Numbered from the stretch's first letter, positions 38,803 to 49,049 are shown. The stretch is 64,000 nt of DNA from an uncultured Gammaproteobacteria bacterium (GCA_964416445.1 CAYQEE010000003.1:1946-65945); one strand, 5' to 3'. Program-made: numbers and translations. The notes: generated from the letters alone by a model not told the origin.

Positions 38803-40185
38803 ATGCAGTATAGTAGAAAAAGAAACACAAAAAATTTTACGCATATGATTGGCAGGTACAGAAAAACATTGTCGTTTATAACGATACTTCTTATTGCGTT
38901 AGCAATACCAGTAACAATACTTCTGCAACAACAAAGAGCTACAATAGAGCAAAAAGCAGCGGGACCAATGTGTAACTCAACTGGAGTAACAAAAAACACA
39001 AACGGAACATATACGTTTGCGCGTCTTGCAATTGATTCTCAAGGAAATATAGTCGATGCGAATAATCCAACTTGCATTATCCAGCTTTTAGGAGTGAATA
39101 TGGGTCCATTATTTCTTCAGGACGCAGGAGGGACAACTAATCTCACTGGCCTTGAGCAATATATGCAGTTTTTCTCACAGAATTTGCATAGCAACGTGGT
39201 ACGGGTGAATTTTAACTCGTACTGGTATAATACCGATGTCCGGGTGCCAAAAGCGCAGATGAATTTTCAACAATGGCTGCAAACGTACGTAAAACTGGAA
39301 GAACAAGCAGGACATTATGTTATCTTGGATGTAGGCACACAATTTCAAAATCCACCATGCGGGAATGATCCGACAACCAATCCGCCAACCAATGTCACCC
39401 AATGTCCTTATCAAAATCAGGCGTCAAGAAATGTTCCTCCTAACCCAACAGAACAAACAACCTATGAACCCGTTCCTCTTCAGGCAATCGGGAGTTTAGC
39501 AAAACTGTATGCCAATGATCCTGCTGTTATTTTTGATATATGGAATGAGCCATCGCATAGTACAGCTCCCATTTCCGAACAGATATTTATGCAGGATACA
39601 AATGACAGAATTAATGCCGTGAGAACATATGCTCCACAGATGCTGGTGATGGTCTATGAAAGAGCACTCACAGATATTATGACTAATGGATTTGCTGATT
39701 TTACGCAAGGGAATATCATTATTGACTTTCATACCTATGGAGCAAACTGGACAAGAACAACGGATGTACCAATCGTTCAAACAGCTCACACACATAAATA
39801 TGCAGTTATTGAAGGAGAATGGGGAGCAAAAGCTCCAGGAACTCCTCCGCCTTCAGAAATGATTCCATTCTTACAAACCAATGATGTGGAATCAACGTAC
39901 TTCTCAGCAGGGGACCTAATCACAGGAAACACTCAAAACGCGGGAAGTCTGAACTCGGTTGGACAGGCAGTCGCTGCTGGGTACCTAAATATTTTTGGAG
40001 CACCCCAACCTACGAGTAATACTAATCCTTCCAATACTCCGACTCCATCACTCTCAGTCTCAATAACACTACATCCTTCCAATAGTATTTCACCTACTGC
40101 AACAATAACAAAACCCGGAGATCATCATCCTACGGAAGTTCAAAACAAAGATAACCACCATTCTGGTGGAGAAGAAAAAAAATAA
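38803..40185 (+). CDS. Secreted GH5-like (clan GH-A) glycoside hydrolase
   Basis: NVVRVNF, FDIWNEP (acid/base), IDFHTY and IEGEWG (nucleophile); N-terminal TM, P/T tail. Confidence 0.85.
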   Translation: MQYSRKRNTKNFTHMIGRYRKTLSFITILLIALAIPVTILLQQQRATIEQKAAGPMCNSTGVTKNTNGTYTFARLAIDSQGNIVDANNPTCIIQLLGVNMGPLFLQDAGGTTNLTGLEQYMQFFSQNLHSNVVRVNFNSYWYNTDVRVPKAQMNFQQWLQTYVKLEEQAGHYVILDVGTQFQNPPCGNDPTTNPPTNVTQCPYQNQASRNVPPNPTEQTTYEPVPLQAIGSLAKLYANDPAVIFDIWNEPSHSTAPISEQIFMQDTNDRINAVRTYAPQMLVMVYERALTDIMTNGFADFTQGNIIIDFHTYGANWTRTTDVPIVQTAHTHKYAVIEGEWGAKAPGTPPPSEMIPFLQTNDVESTYFSAGDLITGNTQNAGSLNSVGQAVAAGYLNIFGAPQPTSNTNPSNTPTPSLSVSITLHPSNSISPTATITKPGDHHPTEVQNKDNHHSGGEEKK

Positions 40186-40386
40186 AGATGCCTCCCTTAT
40201 AAAGACGCAAGTGGTAGTATGACAGACTTATTCGGAAAATAAATATTAATTATATTAGATTAATAATAACCCGACAAAAATCCTAAATATTGCATTTCCT
40301 ATTTAACCTCTTTTTAGAATTTTTGTGTTATTTGTTATATTCTATCTACTACAACTTATAAATATTCGGTTATCGGTATAATATTT

Positions 40387-40468
40387 GAGGTTCAGCGCTT
40401 GGAGCTTTTCGTAAAATCGAAGCAAACTATCAAAGATGGGGTTCCATCCTAGTTCCTCTAGGCGCGCA
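40387..40468 (+). other. tRNA 3'-end-like element with a structured insert in the T-loop position
   Basis: GAGGTTC...AGTTCCTCTAGGCGCGCA flanking ~57 nt that holds two hairpins; no 5' tRNA half upstream. Confidence 0.35.
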
Positions 40469-40650
40469 AATTTTCATTTAGGCTATTACATCAATCTCGG
40501 TGTTAGGTAAAGTATTTTTTATAAGATATTTTATTTAATCTTAAGGAAGGTATACGGCTACATAGAATATGTACAGATTACCCACCTATATGCTACATTA
40601 GAGATATTCAAGTTTGTAATGTTTCAAAAGCAATATTTGAAAATAAAGAA

Positions 40651-41214
40651 ATGTCACTTTCAGCAATTGATCCAAAAACAGCATTAATTATTATTGATAT
40701 GCAAAAAGGTATCATCTCACTACCGACTGTTCATCCTATAAAGGAAATTATAAGTAATAATAGCAAACTCGCAGAAGTTTTTAGAAAACACCGACTTCCC
40801 GTTGTTCTGGTGAATGTTACCGGTGGTGCACCTGGTAGAATAGAAAATGTAAGAAGCGGTGTATCACAGTCAAGCGATTGGGCTAATCTTATCTCGGAAT
40901 TAAACGAGCAGCCTAATGACATTAAAATTACCAAAAAACGATGGGGTGCATTCTATGGTACTTCACTTGATAAACAGCTCAAAGAATTAGGAATAACACA
41001 GGTTGTGATTACTGGCGTTGCGACCAGTATGGGTGTAGAATCTACAGCCCGTAATGCACATGAATATGGCTATAATGTTACTTTGGTAACTGACGCTATG
41101 ACAGATATGAGTATAGAGGCTCATGAAAATAGTGTACAAAGAATTTTCCCGAAACTTGGTGAGACGGGTACGACCAAGGAGATTATCACTATACTTAATA
41201 AACGAAAAGATTAA
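40651..41214 (+). CDS. Isochorismatase family hydrolase (YecD-like)
   Basis: TALIIIDMQKG, TKKRWGAFYGT and GVATSMGVESTAR motifs. Confidence 0.92.
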   Translation: MSLSAIDPKTALIIIDMQKGIISLPTVHPIKEIISNNSKLAEVFRKHRLPVVLVNVTGGAPGRIENVRSGVSQSSDWANLISELNEQPNDIKITKKRWGAFYGTSLDKQLKELGITQVVITGVATSMGVESTARNAHEYGYNVTLVTDAMTDMSIEAHENSVQRIFPKLGETGTTKEIITILNKRKD

Positions 41215-41273
41215 ACTACTTCCTTTGCTAGTTAACGCAGCAACTCTGTTAGAAGTAAAAAGTACAACATACT

Positions 41274-42521
41274 ATGAGAAAACGGATTCATTCTACCATC
41301 CGACGGACTTTTTTTGCACTTCGGACACGTAATTTTCGATTGTTTTTTATTGGTCAGACGATATCAAATACTGGTAACTGGTTAACAAATGTTGCACTTA
41401 CTTTATTAGTATTACATCTCACCAACAGTGGCTCAGCAGTTGGAATTCTTGCTGCATGCCAATATGGGCCAATTTTATTATTATCTGCATGGGCTGGAGC
41501 AATTGCGGATAGATCTAATAAACGGTATCTGCTCCTTGTTACTCAAACATTAGAAATGCTTGAGTCATTTGGTCTTGCTGCATTAGCATTTCTTCCGCAC
41601 CCATCGGTTGTGGGATTGTATATAGTTGCAGCCATAGGAGGTATTCTTTTAGCTTTCGACAACCCATTACGTAGATCATTCGTTACTGAAATGGTGCCTC
41701 CGGAGAATATACCAAATGCTGTTGTGCTCTATAGTACTATTGTTAATGTTTCTCGGATTGTAGGACCTGCTTTAGCAGGAGCTTTAGTAGTAACTGTCGG
41801 TTATGGGTGGTGTTTTATTCTTGATGCAATGACCTACTTGGCTGTCATTAGTTGTCTATGGATGATGCGTCCATCAGAACTCCATCGACAGCCAAGTAAA
41901 CCCAGAATGAAAGGTGAAATTCGTGAAGGCATCAGATATATTTTGTCTAAGCCTGTCTTGTGGATTCCTTTCGTTATGTTGGCAATTATTGGATCTTTAG
42001 CGTACAATTTCACTGTCACATTGCCTTTATTCGTAACTCATTCATTGCATGGAAGGGATAGGGACTTTACTTTTATATACTCTATATTCGGTCTTGGTGC
42101 TTTGGTCAGTGGTCTACTTGTTGCTAATAAAAATTTTGTAAAAATTCATCATGTTATCATTGGAGCAATTATATTAGGTATTACTATGCTCGTCTTAGCA
42201 TGTACACCTAACGTTGCAACTGCTATTCCCGTTATCTTTTTCGTCGGATTAGCTAGTATCCTCTATATGAATTCTACCACAGCCAGCATTCAGGTAGAAT
42301 CTGAACCTGTATATCATGGAAGAGTCCTTGCTCTGCAAGCTGTTCTGTTTATCGGAACGACTCCAATTGGCGGGCCTCTTTTAGGCTGGCTGGCAGATAC
42401 TGTAGGAGCGAGAGCACCGATTGTAGTGGGAGGCATCGCTTGTTTAATAGCTGGGGTATTTGGATATATAATTAATCGTCAAACTGTGTTTAGCCGAAAC
42501 AAAAATACTTTAAATCTCTAA
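41274..42521 (+). CDS. MFS transporter
   Basis: RNFRLFFIGQTISNTG, GAIADR and DNPLRRSFV motifs; ~12 TM. Confidence 0.93.
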   Translation: MRKRIHSTIRRTFFALRTRNFRLFFIGQTISNTGNWLTNVALTLLVLHLTNSGSAVGILAACQYGPILLLSAWAGAIADRSNKRYLLLVTQTLEMLESFGLAALAFLPHPSVVGLYIVAAIGGILLAFDNPLRRSFVTEMVPPENIPNAVVLYSTIVNVSRIVGPALAGALVVTVGYGWCFILDAMTYLAVISCLWMMRPSELHRQPSKPRMKGEIREGIRYILSKPVLWIPFVMLAIIGSLAYNFTVTLPLFVTHSLHGRDRDFTFIYSIFGLGALVSGLLVANKNFVKIHHVIIGAIILGITMLVLACTPNVATAIPVIFFVGLASILYMNSTTASIQVESEPVYHGRVLALQAVLFIGTTPIGGPLLGWLADTVGARAPIVVGGIACLIAGVFGYIINRQTVFSRNKNTLNL

Positions 42522-42624
42522 TACGCTCAGCAAGTATTTCGATGGTTATTCTATAATGTATTTTTATTACTACGAAAGGTAAATTTTGCTTGACAGATGA
42601 GTGAAAATGAATAAATATTAAAGA

Positions 42625-45600
42625 GTGTTTATAAAAAAATACTTTTTTCTTTTTGCAATTGCTTTTGTAGCAATAGCAATTCCCTTAACGACACTGGTTG
42701 TTCAGCATCAACAAATCATTAATCAAAACGCTGCAGGAAATAACTGCAACCATACAGGGGTAACCAAGAATGGGAACACCTACTCATTTGCAAAACTGCT
42801 TGTGGATTCGCAGGGCATACTTCGAGATACCTCCGGATGTCAAATTTATTTGCTTGGTGGACAAGGAAAAGGACCATCACCAACTTTACAGGGTCAATTG
42901 CAAGTAAATAATCCCAGCCAGTTTACTTACCTTCCACAGTGGAATAAATTGGTAAAAATGAATCTACTGCGCATTGTTCTTACAGTACAAAATTGGACGA
43001 GTAATCCAACAATGCCAGGTATTGGACCTGGAGGAGCGAGTGAATCATATCAATGGTTTGTGCAAAATTATGTTCATTATATTGAGCAACAAGGACAATA
43101 TGTAGAACTCGACCTATATCAACAAGGAAATGCACAAGCGGAACTGCAAGCATTACCTTCAATTTTACAAGCATTCCAAGGAGATACAGCAGTGTTCTAT
43201 GACGTCCGCAATGAAGCGTATCCTAATGGTGACTCCTGTACCCAAGGCATGAATGAGGACTTTTCTTTTCTCAAAAAGATCCAGGATTTCGATCCAACCA
43301 TACTGAAAGTAACCTATGTCAATTGCGTTGATCAAATGATTGCAGACCCAAAGACCTATCCTTTTTATACTGCAAGTAGTAGTGCCATTACCAATCTATT
43401 AATGGATGGACATATGTATAGTGGGTATGTCGGTCCAGATCCCTATCATCCAAAGTTAACATGCAATGAACCAGGCAATCCCAATGATAAACAGGGGGGA
43501 TGGCCTGCAGGCTTGCAAAAAGATGCAACAGTAACTGTACCATTTTTTCATGCCAATCATGCGGGGTTTATGCATGGAGAATGGGGAGGCTGTTATGACT
43601 ATACCAATTGGCAAGGGTATGATTATCACGATAGCATGATGCAATCCACTGTCTGTTTGAATATAGCTGGACTCAGTTACTATTTTCCATCAGGGTTGTT
43701 TACTAATCAGCAACTCAATCAAAATGGTATTAATGTGAATACTAGTTATACCGCTATTTTTAATAATGCTCTTTCCTGCAACGGTGGTAAACCAAGTGTG
43801 ACCTCTTCAAGTTCTCCACCACCGACAACTACGCCTAAACCAACTGTTTCCATATCACCTACCCCACAAGCATCATGTAATCATACTGGTGTAACAAAAA
43901 ATCAAGGAGGAAAATATACATTTGCCAAGTTATATGTTGATACTCATGGTATTTTAAGAGATGGTACTAATTGTGAAATATATTTATTGGGAGTACAAGG
44001 TAAAGGAGCAAATCCGTATAATAGCGGGCAATATACTCTTCATGATCCAAGTGAATTCTCTTATCTCGATCAAATAACACAACATCTTACTATGAATGAA
44101 CTTCGAGTTCCCATAACAGTTACAAATTGGAATGCAAATCCTTTTATGAGTAATATTAATGCGTATTACCATACGTTTATACAAGAATACGTGACCTATA
44201 TTGAACAGCAAGGAGATTACATACAATTTGATATCTATCAAGATGCAACTCCAAAAGAGGGTGAGACAGCAATAGCATCCCTTGCTAAAACCTTTCAAAC
44301 AGACCCTGCAGTATTTTATGATGTCCGTAATGAATCGCTACAACAAGGTGAAAGTTGTACTCAAGGTCTTAATGAAAATTATCAATGGTTAGAAGCTATA
44401 CAAAACGTAGATCCAACAATTCTTAAGGGAGTGTATGTTAATTGTCTTCAGGAAATGATAGCAAGTCCATCTCTTTATCCTTTTTATACAGCATCTAGTA
44501 GCGCCATAACAAATTTGTTTTTAGATGGTCATATATATAGTGGCTACAAAGGATCTAATCCTTTTCATCCAAATAGAACTTGTAATGAACCAAATGATCC
44601 ATACGGAAAAGACGGAGGTTGGCCGGCATTATTACAAAGAGATAAATCAGTAAGTGTCCCTTTTCTTCAGAAAAATCATGCAGCACTCGTTCACAATGAG
44701 TGGGGTGGATGTTTTGATTATACTAACTGGCAACCTACTGGTGTACCGGGACAACCTACTCCTCCGCCAGCTCCAGATTATCATGATATGATGATTCAAA
44801 GTGTTTTCGATAATAATCTCGCAGGATTAAGTTATTTTTATTATGATGATTTGTTTCTTAATAACCAACTCAATCAGAATGGTATAAATGTTACTAATGG
44901 ATATACCAAAATATTCTCTCTCGTTCCTTTATCTGGTACACCGATTCCAACAGATACGCCTCTACCCACTAGTACAGTATCACCCACACCTACCGTAACA
45001 CCAACAGGGGTAAGTGGTACTCCAACACCTACTCCACGGACTAATGGAACAAACGTGTTCGTAACGGTAGGGTTACATGGGATAGGGAATGGGGGTGATA
45101 ATGAGAATCCCCAAAGTAAGGGGACGATGAATCCACAACATCCGGTAAGAGATGTATTGATAACGTTTGTTAGTTTGCAAGGTACTATTGCAGCTACCGG
45201 GACAGGACAGATAACGTTTGATAGCGCCAGTGATAGTGCCCAGGGATTATTTACAGGTATCGTAACACTTGCAACGTCACTAAACGGTGATTATCTTATA
45301 CGGATTAAATCAAATGGATTTTTAGAGAGACAATTGAGTAGCGTGGTGTCATTGAGCCAGCCTCGTATGCAGCAAAAACCTGTTATTATTCCACCAGTAT
45401 ACCTCGTCAGTGGAGATTTAAATAATGATAACAAGTTAGATTTGCTAGATTATAATATTCTCGTAGGATGTTATGGAGTAAAACAAAATGATCCAGCGTC
45501 CTGTCCTGCACAATTTCAGACCACACCATCACAAGTGGGAGCTGATTTGTTAGATGATGGAATACAACCAGGAGACGAGAGCGCTGTTGACGGAGCAGAT

Positions 45601-45645
45601 TATAATTTATTCGTACGGGAATTAAGTATTCAAAATGGTGAATAA
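42625..45645 (+). CDS. Secreted protein with two tandem GH5-like modules and a C-terminal dockerin-like domain
   Basis: Duplicated module (YDVRNE, DGHMY/DGHIY, HGEWGG/HNEWGG), PT linkers, GDLNNDNKLDLLDYNIL...VDGADYNLF. Confidence 0.82.
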   Translation: MFIKKYFFLFAIAFVAIAIPLTTLVVQHQQIINQNAAGNNCNHTGVTKNGNTYSFAKLLVDSQGILRDTSGCQIYLLGGQGKGPSPTLQGQLQVNNPSQFTYLPQWNKLVKMNLLRIVLTVQNWTSNPTMPGIGPGGASESYQWFVQNYVHYIEQQGQYVELDLYQQGNAQAELQALPSILQAFQGDTAVFYDVRNEAYPNGDSCTQGMNEDFSFLKKIQDFDPTILKVTYVNCVDQMIADPKTYPFYTASSSAITNLLMDGHMYSGYVGPDPYHPKLTCNEPGNPNDKQGGWPAGLQKDATVTVPFFHANHAGFMHGEWGGCYDYTNWQGYDYHDSMMQSTVCLNIAGLSYYFPSGLFTNQQLNQNGINVNTSYTAIFNNALSCNGGKPSVTSSSSPPPTTTPKPTVSISPTPQASCNHTGVTKNQGGKYTFAKLYVDTHGILRDGTNCEIYLLGVQGKGANPYNSGQYTLHDPSEFSYLDQITQHLTMNELRVPITVTNWNANPFMSNINAYYHTFIQEYVTYIEQQGDYIQFDIYQDATPKEGETAIASLAKTFQTDPAVFYDVRNESLQQGESCTQGLNENYQWLEAIQNVDPTILKGVYVNCLQEMIASPSLYPFYTASSSAITNLFLDGHIYSGYKGSNPFHPNRTCNEPNDPYGKDGGWPALLQRDKSVSVPFLQKNHAALVHNEWGGCFDYTNWQPTGVPGQPTPPPAPDYHDMMIQSVFDNNLAGLSYFYYDDLFLNNQLNQNGINVTNGYTKIFSLVPLSGTPIPTDTPLPTSTVSPTPTVTPTGVSGTPTPTPRTNGTNVFVTVGLHGIGNGGDNENPQSKGTMNPQHPVRDVLITFVSLQGTIAATGTGQITFDSASDSAQGLFTGIVTLATSLNGDYLIRIKSNGFLERQLSSVVSLSQPRMQQKPVIIPPVYLVSGDLNNDNKLDLLDYNILVGCYGVKQNDPASCPAQFQTTPSQVGADLLDDGIQPGDESAVDGADYNLFVRELSIQNGE
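42745..44915 (+). repeat. Internal duplication of a ~350-aa module
   Basis: Both copies begin CNHTGVTKN (42745 and 43876) and share YPFYTASSSAITNL and QLNQNGINV. Confidence 0.92.
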
Positions 45646-45769
45646 TACGTGAATTAGGTAGGGATAACCCGAAGATCTCAATAGATTTTTCTGTATATGA
45701 ATTGCGTGGTTCATAAAAAGGATAATTTCCTTTCTTTTAGAGTTTTTGCTAAACTTGCAGGATATTTCT

Positions 45770-47158
45770 ATGATATCTATTACTTTAGAAGAGATAGTAA
45801 CAAATCTTTTAGCAATAGAGATATATGCGCTTTTTCAAAACGAGACTGAAAGTTTCTTTCTTGATAGCAGTTTAGAAAATCCCAATATATCGCAATTCTC
45901 ATTTATTGGTATCGAACCTTTTTTAATTGTAAAATCTACAGATTCAGTAAGCACATTACAGCAAGCAGGTAAAGAATACATTATTAAAGATAATCCGTTT
46001 TTTATTATCAAAGATCTTTTAAAAAAATATACAATGGTAAATACTACAAAATTTCCTTTTGTAGGTGGCGCTGTTGGGTTTTATTCATATGAGCTTAATA
46101 AATATATAGATTATTCCTCAAAAAAACGAAAGGGAAAATTACGATTGCCTGATATGATTGTTGGATTTTATGATCACGTGATAATCGTTGATCATAACAC
46201 CAAAAAAACATTTTTGACATCAGTAAATCATGATGGGAGAAATGCGAAAGATAGACAAATATTAAAAGATAAAATCATACAGAAAATTACAAAAAAAGTC
46301 TCTTTAAAGAAAAAAAAATCCTCTAGAAAATTGAAACAAAAAAGTATAATTTCTAATGTGAATTATGCTCAATATCAGGAAATGATCAAGCAAGCAAAAA
46401 AGTATATTTCTTTTGGACATATTTATCAGGTCAATTTGTCACAACAATTTAAAGCTCAAGTTGATGAAGAACCATTCTCTATTTACCTTAAATTAAGAAA
46501 ATATAACCCTGCTCCCTACTCTGCATACTTCAACTATGGAAGTTTCCAGATATTAAGTAGTTCTCCGGAAAGGTTCTTGCGAATTTGGAATGGATGTGTC
46601 GAAACAAAACCGATTAAAGGTACTTTTCCAAGAGGAAATACATCTCAGGAAGACGAAAAAAATAAAATTATACTACAAAAAAGTATAAAAAATCATGCGG
46701 AAAACTATATGATTGTCGATTTACTAAGAAATGATCTTGGAAAAGTATGCGAATTTGGAACAGTATATGTCTCAGAACTTTGTGCCGTTGAATCATATGC
46801 TACAGTACATCATCTTGTGTCGACCATTATTGGTAAGTTGCGTGAAGGAGTAGACGCAATCGATTGTTTTATGGCATGTTTTCCAGGAGGATCGATAACT
46901 GGTGCGCCTAAAATACGTGCTATGGAAATTATTGATGAGCTGGAATCATTGGATCGTCATATTTATACTGGTTCATTAGGTTATATAGGTTTTGATGGAA
47001 ATGCTGATTTTAATATTGCTATACGTACAGTACTGATTCATCAACGAAATGCATACTATCATGTTGGTGGAGGTATTGTATGGGATTCAACTGCTAAAAA
47101 AGAATATCAAGAAACGTTGTATAAAGGGAAAGCATTGAAACGCGCACTACAATTATGA
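45770..47158 (+). CDS. pabB: Aminodeoxychorismate synthase component I
   Basis: FVGGAVG, YQVNLSQ, SSSPERFL, TKPIKGT (PabB PIKGT), MIVDLLRNDLG and SITGAPKIRAM motifs. Confidence 0.92.
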   Translation: MISITLEEIVTNLLAIEIYALFQNETESFFLDSSLENPNISQFSFIGIEPFLIVKSTDSVSTLQQAGKEYIIKDNPFFIIKDLLKKYTMVNTTKFPFVGGAVGFYSYELNKYIDYSSKKRKGKLRLPDMIVGFYDHVIIVDHNTKKTFLTSVNHDGRNAKDRQILKDKIIQKITKKVSLKKKKSSRKLKQKSIISNVNYAQYQEMIKQAKKYISFGHIYQVNLSQQFKAQVDEEPFSIYLKLRKYNPAPYSAYFNYGSFQILSSSPERFLRIWNGCVETKPIKGTFPRGNTSQEDEKNKIILQKSIKNHAENYMIVDLLRNDLGKVCEFGTVYVSELCAVESYATVHHLVSTIIGKLREGVDAIDCFMACFPGGSITGAPKIRAMEIIDELESLDRHIYTGSLGYIGFDGNADFNIAIRTVLIHQRNAYYHVGGGIVWDSTAKKEYQETLYKGKALKRALQL

Positions 47159-48009
47159 ATTATATTTATTGTAATGGCAAAATTTTTTTAAAAGATGAGG
47201 CTAATATAGTTTTTGATACGGATGGGGTACTGTTTGGATGGGGAATGTTTGAAACAATGCGAATTTATCAAGGAAATATTTTTCTACTCCAAGAACATCT
47301 CACTCGTTTAGTTAAATCATGTTCTCTTTTTGATATTCCATTCACCCTGAGTAATGAGAAAATTGTTGAAGAGTTACGAAGATATATTCAGGAAGTAAAA
47401 ATACAAAATAGCGTTCTCCGTATTACTGTAATAAAAAAAGATAATATGTTATCAACTCTGTTTTTTTCCATACGACCTATACTTTACGTGAAACAAGATT
47501 ATTTACGCGGATTTTCTGCGCTTGTTATGGAACAAAAACGTAACAGAAGTTCTTTACTCACCTATCATAAAACGACAAGTTATCTAGAAAATAAATATAG
47601 TCATGATATTGCAAGGAAAAAAGGTTATCAAGAATGTCTCTTCCTCAATGATCAAAATGAAATTACAGAAGGAAGTATGAGTAATGTTTTTTTTATCAAA
47701 AACAAAGTACTTTACACACCAAGTGTCTCATGCGGTTTATTGCCTGGTATAACAAGAAATTATATTTGTAATACAATAGCCTCATCATTACACATACCAG
47801 TCCGAGAAGGTCACTTTATGTTAAATGATATTTTTGAAGCACAGGAATGTTTTTTAACAAATTCTGTAATGCAAATAATGCCGCTTATTAGAATTGATAA
47901 AAGGAAAATTGGTCTTGGAAGGCCAGGTAATATAACAAAAATGTTTATCCATAAATATCAAGATAAGATCACTGATTTGATAAAAATGAACGAATTTTCT
48001 CGCTATTAG
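47155..48009 (+). CDS. pabC: Class IV aminotransferase-fold protein, probable 4-amino-4-deoxychorismate lyase
   Basis: FETMR, EHLTRL, HKTT, EGSMSNVF and LLPGITR motifs; ATGA-coupled to pabB. Confidence 0.8.
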   Translation: MNYIYCNGKIFLKDEANIVFDTDGVLFGWGMFETMRIYQGNIFLLQEHLTRLVKSCSLFDIPFTLSNEKIVEELRRYIQEVKIQNSVLRITVIKKDNMLSTLFFSIRPILYVKQDYLRGFSALVMEQKRNRSSLLTYHKTTSYLENKYSHDIARKKGYQECLFLNDQNEITEGSMSNVFFIKNKVLYTPSVSCGLLPGITRNYICNTIASSLHIPVREGHFMLNDIFEAQECFLTNSVMQIMPLIRIDKRKIGLGRPGNITKMFIHKYQDKITDLIKMNEFSRY

Positions 48010-48020
48010 ATGGAGGAAAT

Positions 48021-49001
48021 TTATTTGGCGTTTAGCCATTCTGCAACTTGCGGTGCAAAGTACGTTATAATAATGTCTGCCCCTGCTCGTTTCATTGCTA
48101 TTAACATTTCTAAAACAATTTTTTTCTCATCAATCCATCCATTTTGAGCTGCAGCTTTGACCATGGCATATTCCCCACTTACATTATAAACGGCTAAAGG
48201 CAAGTCAAAACGTTGTGATACTCGATAAACAACATCTAAATAGGAAAGAGCAGGTTTTACCATAATAATGTCAGCACCTTCTTGAATATCAAGTTCTATC
48301 TCTCTCAATGCTTCTTTAGCATTCGCAGGATCCATTTGATACGTTTTTCTATCTCCAAATTGAGGTGCAGAACCTGCTGCTTCACGAAATGGTCCATAAA
48401 AACTTGACGCATATTTTGCCGAGTAAGCCATAATTGGTATTTCAGAAAAGTGGTTCTTATCGAGAATTTTACGTATTGCTCCAATTCTTCCATCCATCAT
48501 ATCTGAAGGTGCAACCATGTCAGCTCCTGCTTCGACATGTGACAATGCCATGCGAGAAAGTAATTCAAGTGACGGATCATTATTAATAGTATTGTTTTTT
48601 ACCACCCCGCAATGTCCATGATCAGTATATTCACAAAGGCAAATGTCCGTTATGATAATAATTTCGGGGGCTTTCGATTTTATTTCTCTAATTGCTTCCT
48701 GAACTACTCCGTTCTTATTATATGCCTCAGAGCCAACAGGATCTTTTTTGTTAGGTATACCAAATAACAATACTGCTGGAATTCCGAGATTTGCGACTCT
48801 TTTTGCTTGTTCGCCAATCTGTTTAATTGGCCATTGCATAATGCCAGGCATCGCGTCTATCTTTTGAGGTTTAGTGATTCCTTCGTGGATAAAAAAAGGA
48901 TAAACTAACTGGTCGATTCGTAGTGTTGTTTCTCGTACTAATCCTCGAAATTTATCATTATGACGAGTTCTCCGAAGCCTCGTAACAGGAAAATAAGTCA
49001 T
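48021..49001 (-). CDS. hemB: Porphobilinogen synthase
   Basis: CLCEYTDHGHCG, APSDMMDGR, FYGPFREA, MVKPAL and YNVSGEY motifs. Confidence 0.98.
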   Translation of the reverse strand: MTYFPVTRLRRTRHNDKFRGLVRETTLRIDQLVYPFFIHEGITKPQKIDAMPGIMQWPIKQIGEQAKRVANLGIPAVLLFGIPNKKDPVGSEAYNKNGVVQEAIREIKSKAPEIIIITDICLCEYTDHGHCGVVKNNTINNDPSLELLSRMALSHVEAGADMVAPSDMMDGRIGAIRKILDKNHFSEIPIMAYSAKYASSFYGPFREAAGSAPQFGDRKTYQMDPANAKEALREIELDIQEGADIIMVKPALSYLDVVYRVSQRFDLPLAVYNVSGEYAMVKAAAQNGWIDEKKIVLEMLIAMKRAGADIIITYFAPQVAEWLNAK

Positions 49002-49049
49002 GTAAAGTTATAATATATATTACATGAAAGCCTACTAAAAAAAAAGTAA

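Noticed and set aside
45770-47158. Anthranilate synthase TrpE
   Set aside because: Has PIKGT (PabB type) rather than PIAGT and is coupled to an ADC lyase-like gene; no trp genes nearby
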